The notes beneath the pieces are model-generated. The model worked only from the letters and a program-made list of their open reading frames with translations, ran no database searches and had not been told where the DNA came from. A stretch of DNA of 64,000 bases from a virus (taxonomy: Duplodnaviria; Heunggongvirae; Uroviricota; Caudoviricetes): positions 6,644 to 70,643 of the IMG/VR virus record IMGVR_UViG_3300013102_000003. One strand, written 5' to 3'. Below, piece by piece: positions 9,782 through 16,599 of this stretch. The translations under genes were made by a program, and so were the position numbers. Numbering within the stretch: the stretch's first letter is position 1; every line of letters begins with the position of its first letter.

Positions 9782-11407
9782 ATGTCCAAGTTCAACAACA
9801 CTTCTGCCCGCGCTCGCGCTGGTGCAGGTCCAATCAACTCAACCACTGAAACGACCACCTTCAACGGTGCCAAGGGTTTCAACCGTGACGCCAAGTCCGA
9901 ACTCTTCCTCGCTGCTGTCTCCGACTTCGGTGGAGAGGGTTCGTTCTACGAGTCCGCGTCCAACCGCTCTGACCGTATCACCCGACTGACCCATGAGGTC
10001 GCCGTGGCTGACCCGGAGTGGCTGACCCAGTTCACCAACTGGCTTCGTGAAGAGGCCAACATGCGTACGATCTCCCTGACGATTGCTCTGGAAGGTGCCA
10101 AGGCACTCAACACGGCAAACATTCCGGGCGGACGCAAGGTTGTCTCCGGTGCGATCCGTCGTGCCGATGAGGCCGGTGAGGCTCTGGCCTACTGGTTCGC
10201 TGCCCACGGTCGCAAGATCCCTTCTGCCATCAAGCGTGGTATCGCTGACGGGGCTGTCAAGTCCTTCAACGAGTACTCCCTTGCCAAGTACGACACCTCC
10301 TCGCACGGCTTCCGCTTCGGTGACGTGATCGAACTGACCCACCCTTCCCCGAAGGATGACCGCCAGTCCGACCTCTTCAAGTTTGCGCTTGACCGTCGTC
10401 GTGACGCTTCTGCTGAGCCTGCCGAGTCCCTTGTCATGCTCCAGAAGCGCAAGGAATTCCTCGCTCTGTCCTCGGACAAGCAGAAGGCTCTTGTCAACTC
10501 CGGTGAGGCCATTCAGGTTCTCAAGGACGCTGGCCTGACGTGGGAGGTTCTGTCCTCTGCGTACGGTAAGGGTGGCCTCGACGCCAAGGCGTGGGAAGCT
10601 GTAATCCCGTCCATGGGTTACATGGCTCTGCTCCGCAACCTCCGCAGCTTCGAAGAGAAGGGCGTCTCTGAGGCCGTTCTCGCTCAGGTAGCGGCCCGTA
10701 TCGCTGATCCGGAAGAGGTTGCCAAGAGCCGCCAGCTTCCGTTCCGCTTCCTTGCGGCCTACAAGGCGAACTCCGGTTCGCTGCGTTGGGGCTTCCCGCT
10801 GGAGCAGGCTCTCAAGGCCTCTCTGGAGAACGTCCCGGCCCTGAAGGGTAATACCCTGATCCTTGTGGACCGTTCCGGCTCCATGTTCCAGTCGTTCTCC
10901 AAGAACACTGACCTCACCTTTGCGGACTCCGCTGCGATCTTTGGATCTGCTCTGGCTCTGCGTGCTGAAAATGCCACGCTTGTCCAGTTCGGTTCAAGCT
11001 CCGTTGCGGTACCGTTCAAGAAGAGCGACAGCGTTCTGAAGACCATCGAGAAGTTCTCATCCCTCGGTGGAACGGCAACGTACGACGCCATCAAGAACCA
11101 CTTCGATCCGAAGAAGCACACCCGTGTGGTTCTGATCACGGACGAGCAGGCGAACGGGTTCTACCACCGTCTCAACGGCAACAACGCGAACTACTGGAGC
11201 GGCTATGACCGTGTTCAGGGCAACGTCCTCGATGCGGTCCCGGCCAACGTTCCGACGTTCACGTGGAACCTTGAGGGGTACGCGGCAGGCCACGGCGAGT
11301 CCAAGCCCAACCGCACGTACCTCGGTGGACTGTCCGATCAGGCTTTCAAGCTGATCCCGATCCTCGAATCCGGGCGTGATGCCGGATGGCCTTGGGAAAC
11401 TAAGTGA
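9782..11407 (+). CDS. rsr: Ro60-like (TROVE domain) protein with C-terminal vWA domain (Rsr ortholog)
   Basis: 541 aa. Good RBS gaaagg. The C-terminal LILVDRSGSM MIDAS motif marks a vWA domain, and the N-terminal ~350 aa are helical and TROVE-like. TROVE+vWA is the Ro60/Rsr architecture. Confidence 0.6.
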   Translation: MSKFNNTSARARAGAGPINSTTETTTFNGAKGFNRDAKSELFLAAVSDFGGEGSFYESASNRSDRITRLTHEVAVADPEWLTQFTNWLREEANMRTISLTIALEGAKALNTANIPGGRKVVSGAIRRADEAGEALAYWFAAHGRKIPSAIKRGIADGAVKSFNEYSLAKYDTSSHGFRFGDVIELTHPSPKDDRQSDLFKFALDRRRDASAEPAESLVMLQKRKEFLALSSDKQKALVNSGEAIQVLKDAGLTWEVLSSAYGKGGLDAKAWEAVIPSMGYMALLRNLRSFEEKGVSEAVLAQVAARIADPEEVAKSRQLPFRFLAAYKANSGSLRWGFPLEQALKASLENVPALKGNTLILVDRSGSMFQSFSKNTDLTFADSAAIFGSALALRAENATLVQFGSSSVAVPFKKSDSVLKTIEKFSSLGGTATYDAIKNHFDPKKHTRVVLITDEQANGFYHRLNGNNANYWSGYDRVQGNVLDAVPANVPTFTWNLEGYAAGHGESKPNRTYLGGLSDQAFKLIPILESGRDAGWPWETK

Positions 11408-11497
11408 GTCTCTGGCTCCTGTTTCCTCTTGGTATCGCTCTCCTTGCATTTGCGGGAGAGCGGTACAAGGCCCAGCATGGGTCACCGTACGAAGAAG

Positions 11498-11527
11498 TTG
11501 ACAAGGCTTCTGAAGACGTGGTATAAT
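11498..11527 (+). promoter_or_regulatory. Sigma-70-like promoter (TTGACA-18-TGgTATAAT), embedded in the 3' end of a 41-codon ORF
   Basis: gaagttgacaaggcttctgaagacgtggtataatag is near-identical to the 8984 and 14380 copies. Confidence 0.6.
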
Positions 11528-11547
11528 AGATTTACTGATGCGATAGA

Positions 11548-11610
11548 GAAGCGTTACTTCCTTTCATGAAAAAGTTCTGGGTTCGAGTCCCAGTCACCTC
11601 CGGGTGGTAG
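11548..11610 (+). ncRNA. tRNA-like element: GAAGCGTTACTTC motif + T-arm-like hairpin + closed acceptor-like hairpin
   Basis: gaagcg 11548-11553 overlaps gttacttc 11553-11560. T-arm-like ctggg-ttcgagt-cccag is followed by a cacc-tccg-ggtg hairpin. No 5' acceptor or D-arm. Confidence 0.35.
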
Positions 11611-11657
11611 ATTAATTGGCAAATCAAACACGTTTCTCACCTCTTTCTCAGTATAAT

Positions 11658-11732
11658 GCTTCCTTAGCTCAGCACGGCCAGAGCGGCGCTCTTGTAAAGC
11701 GTAGGTCATCGGTTCGAATCCGATAGGAAGCT
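11658..11732 (+). tRNA. tRNA-Thr (TGT)
   Basis: Acceptor gcttcct/aggaagc perfect. Anticodon stem gcgct/agcgt with loop cuTGTaa. T-arm atcgg-ttcgaat-ccgat. Confidence 0.8.
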
Positions 11733-11741
11733 CGATGTTCA

Positions 11742-11835
11742 GAAGCGATTGAAAGCTGTTACTTCATATTGCACATGACCAGTGCCGGTTCGATTCCGGC
11801 TCACGCCCGTATGGGTGTGATAGTGTAAGGGTTCG
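11742..11835 (+). ncRNA. tRNA-like element: motif + T-arm-like hairpin + 7-bp acceptor-like stem closed by a short loop (permuted-tRNA-like order)
   Basis: gaagcg 11742-11747, gttacttc 11758-11765. T-arm gccgg-ttcgatt-ccggc 11784-11800. tcacgcc (11801-11807) pairs 7/7 with the downstream ggtgtga (11814-11820). Confidence 0.35.
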
Positions 11836-11886
11836 CACGGAAAACACACAGAGTTCGCCTTTTTCTCTGGACACTAAATTTATACC

Positions 11887-12029
11887 GAAGCGACGTGTCA
11901 AGTTACTTCATAGGAAACAGTGGGTCGCAGGTTCAAATCCTGCTCTCCCGACTTCATCGGGAGGTAGCTCAGTCCGGATAGAGCAACCGTATAGCAAATC
12001 ACTTGACCAGCCTTTTCTCGGTATATTAT
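11887..12029 (+). ncRNA. tRNA-like element: motif + T-arm + acceptor 3' strand followed (not preceded) by complementary acceptor 5' strand and D-arm; no anticodon arm
   Basis: gaagcg 11887-11892, gttacttc 11903-11910. T-arm gcagg-ttcaaat-cctgc. tctcccg, then a 7-nt loop acttcat, then cgggagg + tagctcagtccggatagagc (D-arm-like). The sequence then degenerates. Confidence 0.35.
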
Positions 12030-12103
12030 GGCACTGTAGCTCAGTTGGACAGAGTACTGGATTGAAAACCCAGAGGCCACGGGTTCGAATCCCGTTGGTG
12101 CCA
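12030..12103 (+). tRNA. tRNA-Phe (GAA)
   Basis: D-arm tagctcagttggacagagt, loop auuGAAaa, T-arm acggg-ttcgaat-cccgt, acceptor ggcactg/tggtgcc with G-U pairs. Confidence 0.7.
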
Positions 12104-12113
12104 CGTAAGACCT

Positions 12114-12184
12114 TCCCCTGTAGTGTAACGGCAGCACGAGAGCCTTTGGATCTCTTAGCCTAGGTTCGAATCCCAGTGGGGGAT
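12114..12184 (+). tRNA. tRNA, probably Gln (TTG); non-standard D-arm
   Basis: Loop cuTTGga, T-arm ctagg-ttcgaat-cccag (1 mismatch), acceptor tcccctg/tggggga. Isotype assignment is uncertain. Confidence 0.45.
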
Positions 12185-12229
12185 CTATGGTATAATGATA
12201 GAGTTACGTAACACACACTAGGAGTTCAA

Positions 12230-12427
12230 ATGGCTATTCCAGCTAACAGTTCAAAGATGTCGGAAAACCTCCGTCACGTCAATCAGGGTGCTCGCCCTGC
12301 CGAAATTACCGAGAACCAGCGCATTGCGCTGCGCGACGACTCCCCTGCCGGTGACTCCACTGGCGAGTCACACGCGACCGAGAACTCGGAAAACAAGCGT
12401 ATCGGGACCGTAGTCTACCCGGCTTAA
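12230..12427 (+). CDS. Small hypothetical protein (65 aa)
   Basis: Strong RBS aggag. It is preceded by a tggtataat promoter and followed by a terminator. Confidence 0.45.
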   Translation: MAIPANSSKMSENLRHVNQGARPAEITENQRIALRDDSPAGDSTGESHATENSENKRIGTVVYPA

Positions 12428-12440
12428 TCATTACCTGATT

Positions 12441-12480
12441 AAGGGGCTGACTACTACCAAGTAGTCGGCCCCTTTTTCTT
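12441..12480 (+). terminator. Rho-independent terminator
   Basis: aaggggctgactact-acca-agtagtcggcccctt followed by tttctt. Confidence 0.7.
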
Positions 12481-12551
12481 ACCCACATCGTATAACGGCA
12501 ATACAACGGTTTCTGGTACCGTTAATTGAGGTTCGAATCCTTGTGTGGGTG
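12481..12551 (+). tRNA. tRNA-Gln (CTG)
   Basis: Acceptor acccaca/tgtgggt perfect. Anticodon stem acggt/accgt with loop uuCTGgu. Confidence 0.65.
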
Positions 12552-12564
12552 CGCAGCACAATAA

Positions 12565-12637
12565 GGTCGCTTAGCTCAGCAGGTAGAGCGCCACTCTGAT
12601 AAGGTGGATGTCGTGGGTTCAAGTCCCACAGTGGCCA
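12565..12637 (+). tRNA. tRNA-Ile (GAT)
   Basis: D-arm tagctcagcaggtagagcg, stem ccact/ggtgg with loop cuGATaa, T-arm gtggg-ttcaagt-cccac. Confidence 0.7.
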
Positions 12638-12655
12638 CGTAATATAACTGAATAA

Positions 12656-12727
12656 GCCCCCATAGTCTATGGGTTAAGATTCTGGATTTTCACTCCGGGG
12701 TATCGAGTTCGAGTCTCGGTGGGGGTA
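12656..12727 (+). tRNA. tRNA-Glu (TTC)
   Basis: Acceptor gccccca/tgggggt. Stem ctgga/tccgg with loop uuTTCac. T-arm tcgag-ttcgagt-ctcgg. Confidence 0.65.
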
Positions 12728-12728
12728 C

Positions 12729-12864
12729 GGGAAAGTAGCTCAAGGTAGAGTGCTTGGCGTCGTGACGGTTGCAAACGGAACGTGCCCATGTTGGGGTTGA
12801 TCACCTAGCGTGTCGGTTTGTAGCCGAAGCGGATGAGGGTATCGCAGTCCGTCCTTTCCTGTCT
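12729..12864 (+). pseudogene. tRNA fragment/pseudogene (acceptor+D-arm only) plus another GAAGCG motif copy
   Basis: gggaaagtagctcaaggtagagt (tRNA 5' third) with no anticodon or T-arm. ccgaagcgg lies at ~12823. Confidence 0.3.
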
Positions 12865-12938
12865 GGTCCATTAGGCGAATTGGCCAAGCCGTCACCCTCT
12901 CACGGTGAAGATTAGGGGTTCGAGTCCCCTATGGACTA
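12865..12938 (+). tRNA. tRNA-Glu (CTC)
   Basis: Every element checks to the nucleotide. Acceptor ggtccat/atggact, D ggc-gaattggccaa-gcc, perfect stem tcacc/ggtga with loop cuCTCac, T-arm agggg-ttcgagt-cccct. Confidence 0.65.
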
Positions 12939-13141
12939 CGCGGAGCAGTAGAGCAGAATGACTCGCTCTCCGAGAGTTAGCAGGTAGCTTTTAAACTGCC
13001 TGCCAAATTATCGGATAAACGTTGGATTGGTCTCCAGCCTGCAATGCCAATGGAGTCTCCAGCCGATAGATGGCGGCGGCAGCAGTCTTGAAAACTGCCT
13101 GAGGTAAAACTCGTGTGGGTTCGACCCCCACAGGCTCCGCT
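12939..13141 (+). ncRNA. ~200-nt RNA with tRNA-like termini (perfect 7-bp acceptor gcggagc/gctccgc + T-arm) enclosing structured internal region; tmRNA-like or Y-RNA-like candidate
   Basis: 5' gcggagc 12940-12946 is the exact reverse complement of gctccgc 13134-13140, which directly follows the T-arm gtggg-ttcgacc-cccac. An internal perfect hairpin gcagt-cttgaaa-actgc lies at 13082-13098. Confidence 0.35.
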
Positions 13142-13248
13142 GACTCGACACTTGTAGCAAACAGGTGGTCATCAAAATGCTGGTAATGCTTGCGAGTAGC
13201 TAAGGCCAGACTGGTGCCAGTCCAACCGCCAGATGATTGTTGGACATT

Positions 13249-13333
13249 GGAAGAGAACCGAATGGCTAGGGACCGTCTTGGAAAGACGGTGCGGGTGTGA
13301 AAGCCCATGCGGGTTCGAACCCCGCCTCTTCCG
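13249..13333 (+). tRNA. tRNA-Ser (GGA), type II with long variable arm
   Basis: Acceptor ggaagag/ctcttcc perfect. Anticodon stem ccgtc/gacgg perfect with loop uuGGAaa. Variable arm ggg-tgtgaaag-ccc. T-arm gcggg-ttcgaac-cccgc. Confidence 0.7.
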
Positions 13334-13401
13334 CGAGTTGCACACTGGCATAGTCTTCGATAGACTATGACTACGCATCCAATACAAGGAAAAGGATTAC
13401 T

Positions 13402-14379
13402 ATGTTTATTGAACCCATGCTGGCCTCCAGCACTCCCGAGAAGAAGCGTGCTACGCTCTCCGACACAACTGGCTACGTGCTGGAACCCAAGCACGACGGC
13501 ATGCGGGCGGTCATCTCCAAGCGCGACGGAGAGGTCAAGATCTACAGCCGAGTCGGTCTGGAGTATCAGGAACACCTCCCGGCCCTTGTCTCGCAGCTTT
13601 CCCATCTCCCTGACGGAACCACCCTTGACGGTGAACTCATGATCGTCAGACACCGTACCGTCATTGACGGACACACGATTGCTGTGGCTGACTTCAACGC
13701 CACGATGCGTATCATGGGTTCCGGCCCGGAAAAGGCGATCAAGCGTCAGGAAGAGAGCACGATTGAGTTCTGTGTGTTCGACATGCCAAAGCTTGACGGA
13801 GTAAACCTCATGGGTTCATCCTACGACTCTCGGATGTTCGCCCTGAACGACTACCTCACCGGCAAGGAATGGATGATGCCTCACGTCTTCCAGAACGCAC
13901 GACTTACGGAGTGGGACAACGACTTCATCGACAAGCTGATGGCAGCAGGCATTGAGGGCGCGATCCTCAAGAACGTAGACTCGGTCTACATTCCGGGCAA
14001 GCGACGTGCCAACACGTGGTACAAGGTCAAGGCCGAACTCACCGCTGACGTGGTCGTAATGGGCTACACGGACGCCAAGGAAGGCAAGACAGGCAAATGG
14101 CTGGGAAAGGTAGGGGCACTAATTTTCGGTGCCTACAATGACCAGCAGGAGCTTGTGGAGGTCGGCCAGTGTTCCGGCATGACCGATGCAGAGCGTGACC
14201 GCTGGACATCGATCCGTGATTACGATACGGAGAATGCTCTCCGAGTCATCGAAGTGAAGTACAATGATCTGGTCGGTTCCGGCGAGTTCGGAACCCCGCG
14301 CCACCCGCAGTTCAAGATTGAGCGCATCGACAAGAACCCTGATGACTGCCTGATGGAGCAGTTCCGACTCGACAAGTAG
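13402..14379 (+). CDS. ATP-dependent DNA ligase
   Basis: Adenylation motif I LEPKHDGMRAV (KxDG). 325 aa, of minimal phage-ligase size, with downstream OB-like region motifs. Confidence 0.75.
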   Translation: MFIEPMLASSTPEKKRATLSDTTGYVLEPKHDGMRAVISKRDGEVKIYSRVGLEYQEHLPALVSQLSHLPDGTTLDGELMIVRHRTVIDGHTIAVADFNATMRIMGSGPEKAIKRQEESTIEFCVFDMPKLDGVNLMGSSYDSRMFALNDYLTGKEWMMPHVFQNARLTEWDNDFIDKLMAAGIEGAILKNVDSVYIPGKRRANTWYKVKAELTADVVVMGYTDAKEGKTGKWLGKVGALIFGAYNDQQELVEVGQCSGMTDAERDRWTSIRDYDTENALRVIEVKYNDLVGSGEFGTPRHPQFKIERIDKNPDDCLMEQFRLDK

Positions 14380-14409
14380 TTGACACCGCCTCTAAAAGGG
14401 TGGTATAAT
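14380..14409 (+). promoter_or_regulatory. Sigma-70-like promoter (TTGACA-18-TGgTATAAT) driving the next tRNA cluster
   Basis: ttgacaccgcctctaaaagggtggtataatagag lies directly after the ligase stop codon. Confidence 0.65.
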
Positions 14410-14442
14410 AGAGTAACAGTTCGGGATCTGTAAAATCCCAAT

Positions 14443-14515
14443 GGTTCTTTAGCTCAGTTGGTAGAGCGCGACTTTTACACAGTTGATGTCATGGGTTCGA
14501 GTCCCTTAGGAACCA
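14443..14515 (+). tRNA. tRNA-Val (TAC)
   Basis: D-arm tagctcagttggtagagc, stem cgact/agttg with loop uuTACac, acceptor ggttctt/aggaacc. Confidence 0.65.
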
Positions 14516-14588
14516 CGGAGAGCAGTTAACGGCTCTCAAGCAGATTGTGTGGGTTCGATTCCCTGCTGGTTGCAACACATCTGCGCTT
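14516..14588 (+). pseudogene. tRNA-like fragment (D-arm-like + T-arm-like hairpins, no acceptor pairing or anticodon arm)
   Basis: gagc-agttaacg-gctc then tgggttcgattccc. No complement for the ggagagc 5' end. Confidence 0.3.
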
Positions 14589-14669
14589 GCTCTCGTGGCG
14601 GAATGGCAGACGCGCTGGCTTCAAAACCCGGTATCGCAAGGTGTGTGGGTTCGAGTCCCACGGGGAGCA
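14589..14669 (+). tRNA. tRNA-Leu (CAA), type II
   Basis: Leu-type D-arm ggcggaatggcagacgcgc, loop cuuCAAaa, extended variable region, T-arm gtggg-ttcgagt-cccac. The acceptor has one mismatch. Confidence 0.55.
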
Positions 14670-14675
14670 CTGTAC

Positions 14676-14749
14676 GGCCCGGTAACTCAGACGGTAAGAG
14701 TGCCACTCTTATAAGGTGGAAGTCGAGGGATCAATACCCTCTCGGGCTA
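14676..14749 (+). tRNA. tRNA-Ile (TAT) with atypical T-loop
   Basis: Acceptor ggcccgg/tcgggct, D-stem actc/gagt, stem ccact/ggtgg with loop cuTATaa, T-arm gaggg-atcaata-ccctc (non-canonical loop). Confidence 0.5.
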
Positions 14750-14761
14750 CGCAACAAATAT

Positions 14762-14834
14762 GCCTCCATAGCTCAGTGGATAGAGCGCTTCGCTACGGAC
14801 GAAGAGGTCGGGAGTTCGAATCTCTCTGGGGGCA
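14762..14834 (+). tRNA. tRNA-Arg (ACG)
   Basis: D-arm tagctcagtggatagagc, stem cttcg/cgaag with loop cuACGga, T-arm gggag-ttcgaat-ctctc. Confidence 0.75.
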
Positions 14835-15049
14835 CTGATGTGTGAAAGATCGGCATGTTGTCGGAGTCTAAGGTCATAACTTGGATTGGTGGGTTCATCA
14901 CCCATACCGGTTGAATTCCGGATAGCACGTCACTAGGGAGTGTAAAGCAGTCAGGTGACTGTCTCTGTTTGCTAAACAGATGGTGGGTAAAACCATGGGA
15001 CTCGGTCTCTCTGCACTCCGCGTGAATACTCTAAAGAAATACTAGAAGG

Positions 15050-15274
15050 ATGGGTAATATGGATAGCGTAGAATCAATCCTAGTAGAAGAAGTTGAACTT
15101 CTCAAGAAAATCCTCGCATCGGTGGAGAATATCACAGGTATGCGCGAGATCCATGTACGCCTACCAGACGGTTCGGTAGAAATCTTGAAGCTGGAAGCAC
15201 GGGCAGAGGAACACGAGGAACTTCTTAGAAAGGCTGAACAACGGCTTGACACGTACCGCGAAAGTCTGGTATAA
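15050..15274 (+). CDS. Hypothetical protein (74 aa, coiled-coil-like) inside the tRNA array
   Basis: RBS aaggatgg. The ORF's last codons and stop form a tggtataatagag promoter -10. Confidence 0.45.
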   Translation: MGNMDSVESILVEEVELLKKILASVENITGMREIHVRLPDGSVEILKLEARAEEHEELLRKAEQRLDTYRESLV

Positions 15275-15275
15275 T
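15246..15275 (+). promoter_or_regulatory. Sigma-70-like promoter (TTGACA-18-TGgTATAAT)
   Basis: ttgacacgtaccgcgaaagtctggtataat. Drives tRNA-Leu(GAG) onward. Confidence 0.6.
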
Positions 15276-15286
15276 AGAGTAACAAT

Positions 15287-15369
15287 GTGAGTGTGGCGGA
15301 ATGGCAGACGCGCTAGCTTGAGGTGCTAGTGTCCTTATGGACGTGTGGGTTCGACTCCCATCATTCACA
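15287..15369 (+). tRNA. tRNA-Leu (GAG), type II
   Basis: Acceptor gtgagtg/cattcac. Leu D-arm gcggaatggcagacgcgc. Perfect stem ctagc/gctag with loop uuGAGgu. Variable arm gtcc-ttat-ggac. Confidence 0.7.
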
Positions 15370-15374
15370 CTGAG

Positions 15375-15403
15375 TTGACAGGTTCTTCGGAAGCTGGTAG
15401 ACT
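15375..15403 (+). promoter_or_regulatory. Sigma-70-like promoter (TTGACA-17-TAGACT)
   Basis: ttgacaggttcttcggaagctggtagact. Confidence 0.45.
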
Positions 15404-15536
15404 TGAATTATTCAGGAGGGGCGCGGTTCCTCTTTCTGACTAGGTAAGCGAAGCAGGCATGCAGATACCCTAGCTTGACCGTTGTACAGCGATCCACATT
15501 CTGTGATGGACCTCACTGCAACGGAAACCGCAGCAA

Positions 15537-15619
15537 GCCCAATTGGCGGAATGGCAGACGCGCTAGGTTTAGGCCCTAGTGGGGGTAACCCCGTGCGAGT
15601 TCGACTCTCGTGTTGGGCA
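15537..15619 (+). tRNA. tRNA-Leu (TAG), type II
   Basis: Acceptor gcccaat/gttgggc. Leu D-arm. Perfect stem ctagg/cctag with loop uuTAGgc. Variable arm gggg-taa-cccc. Confidence 0.7.
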
Positions 15620-15635
15620 CGAGTTTTTTGGTCTT
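15607..15635 (+). terminator. Terminator hairpin formed by tRNA-Leu(TAG) 3' end + downstream complement, followed by T6
   Basis: ctcgtg-ttggg-cacgag then tttttt. Confidence 0.5.
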
Positions 15636-15736
15636 TCTACTCAATAGAATAGACTAGGTTGACAACCTTCTAGATCATGAGCTAGAGTACAGTTTGGAAC
15701 GTTCGATCCAGAGGGTATACACTCGAAAGCGAACTT

Positions 15737-15809
15737 GCCTCTGTAGCTCAGTGGACAGAGCAGGACCCTTCTAAAGTCTTGGTCGCAGGTTCGAATCCTG
15801 CTAGGGGCG
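15737..15809 (+). tRNA. tRNA-Arg (TCT)
   Basis: D-arm tagctcagtggacagagc, loop cuTCTaa, T-arm gcagg-ttcgaat-cctgc, acceptor gcctctg/taggggc. Confidence 0.6.
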
Positions 15810-15919
15810 CGTTGTATGGACAAGGAGTCGGTAAGACTTTGTGTTCCACAGTTTCACCTATAGACTCTTTGCAGGGTGATATCGTCGTCGCAAAGGACAC
15901 AAGGCACCATCAACAATAT

Positions 15920-15991
15920 GTCTCTGTAGCTCAGCGGTAGAGCAGCGCACTCTTAATGCGCGGGTCGTGGGTTCGAACCCCACCGGGGACA
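15920..15991 (+). tRNA. tRNA-Lys (CTT)
   Basis: Perfect stem gcgca/tgcgc with loop cuCTTaa, T-arm gtggg-ttcgaac-cccac. Confidence 0.7.
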
Positions 15992-16012
15992 CGCAACAAC
16001 TGAATAAACAAT

Positions 16013-16095
16013 GGCAGTGTATCCAAGAGGACAAAGGGTGCTGACTGTAAATCAGATGTCGTAAGACTTCGTGAGTTCGAATCTCACCGCTGCCG
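16013..16095 (+). tRNA. tRNA-Tyr (GTA), type II
   Basis: Acceptor ggcagtg/cgctgcc perfect. Loop cuGTAaa. Long variable arm. T-arm gtgag-ttcgaat-ctcac. Confidence 0.6.
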
Positions 16096-16099
16096 CCAA

Positions 16100-16170
16100 G
16101 GGTCTATCGTTCAAAGGCAGGACCGCTGGCTTTTACCCAGCAGATGCGGTTTCGAGATCCGCTGGACCCA
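16100..16170 (+). tRNA. tRNA-Lys (TTT)
   Basis: Stem gctgg/ccagc with loop cuTTTac, T-arm gcggt-ttcgaga-tccgc, acceptor gggtcta/tggaccc. Confidence 0.65.
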
Positions 16171-16213
16171 CCACTATAGAGTATAATGGAACTACCAACA
16201 AGTAGGAGTTCCA

Positions 16214-16519
16214 GTGCTCGACAACCTCAAGACAAAATTCTACCTCTTCTGGGACAAATTCCAGAATGACCCCGTATTCTCTCGCAAGCTCAACGGATGG
16301 CTGGCGGTCATCTGGCTCGCAGCGTCCCTCCCGATCTGCATCTTCCTCTCAACATCTGTACCGTTCCTAGTGTTCGTCTCCGTGTACGCCATTGTCGCAA
16401 GCCACTGGAGCACGTGGCAGGCCTCACGAGTTGAGGTCAGGCAGGCGGAAGATTCCGTTGCCGAAGACATCCTCAAAGAACTCGATGAGAAGACCGATGT
16501 TGTGGTCACCAGAAAATAA
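16214..16519 (+). CDS. Membrane protein (2 TM helices)
   Basis: 101 aa with hydrophobic segments WLAVIWLAASLPICIFL and VPFLVFVSVYAIVASHW. A tataat promoter precedes it. Confidence 0.45.
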   Translation: MLDNLKTKFYLFWDKFQNDPVFSRKLNGWLAVIWLAASLPICIFLSTSVPFLVFVSVYAIVASHWSTWQASRVEVRQAEDSVAEDILKELDEKTDVVVTRK

Positions 16520-16599
16520 TGGTACAATAGTACTCTAGCGGACCGGCACCGCCTACAATCGAGTAGGCCGTGTCGGTCCCGTCAATTTAGGGGAGATCA

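Noticed and set aside
11548-12029. Possibility that the GAAGCG…GTTACTTC repeat set is a CRISPR array
   Set aside because: Repeats are short and bipartite, spacing is irregular, intervening sequence is tRNA-like rather than unique spacers, and no cas genes are present.
12939-13141. Calling this element a bona fide tmRNA
   Set aside because: Its length (~200 nt) is about half that of typical tmRNA, and no tag reading frame ending in a canonical hydrophobic ALAA-like tail was found. Kept only as tmRNA-like/Y-like candidate.
13351-13372. Hairpin catagtct-tcga-tagactatg upstream of ligase gene as terminator
   Set aside because: No U-tract. More likely an RNA processing or structural element in the tRNA-Ser trailer, so not listed as a terminator.
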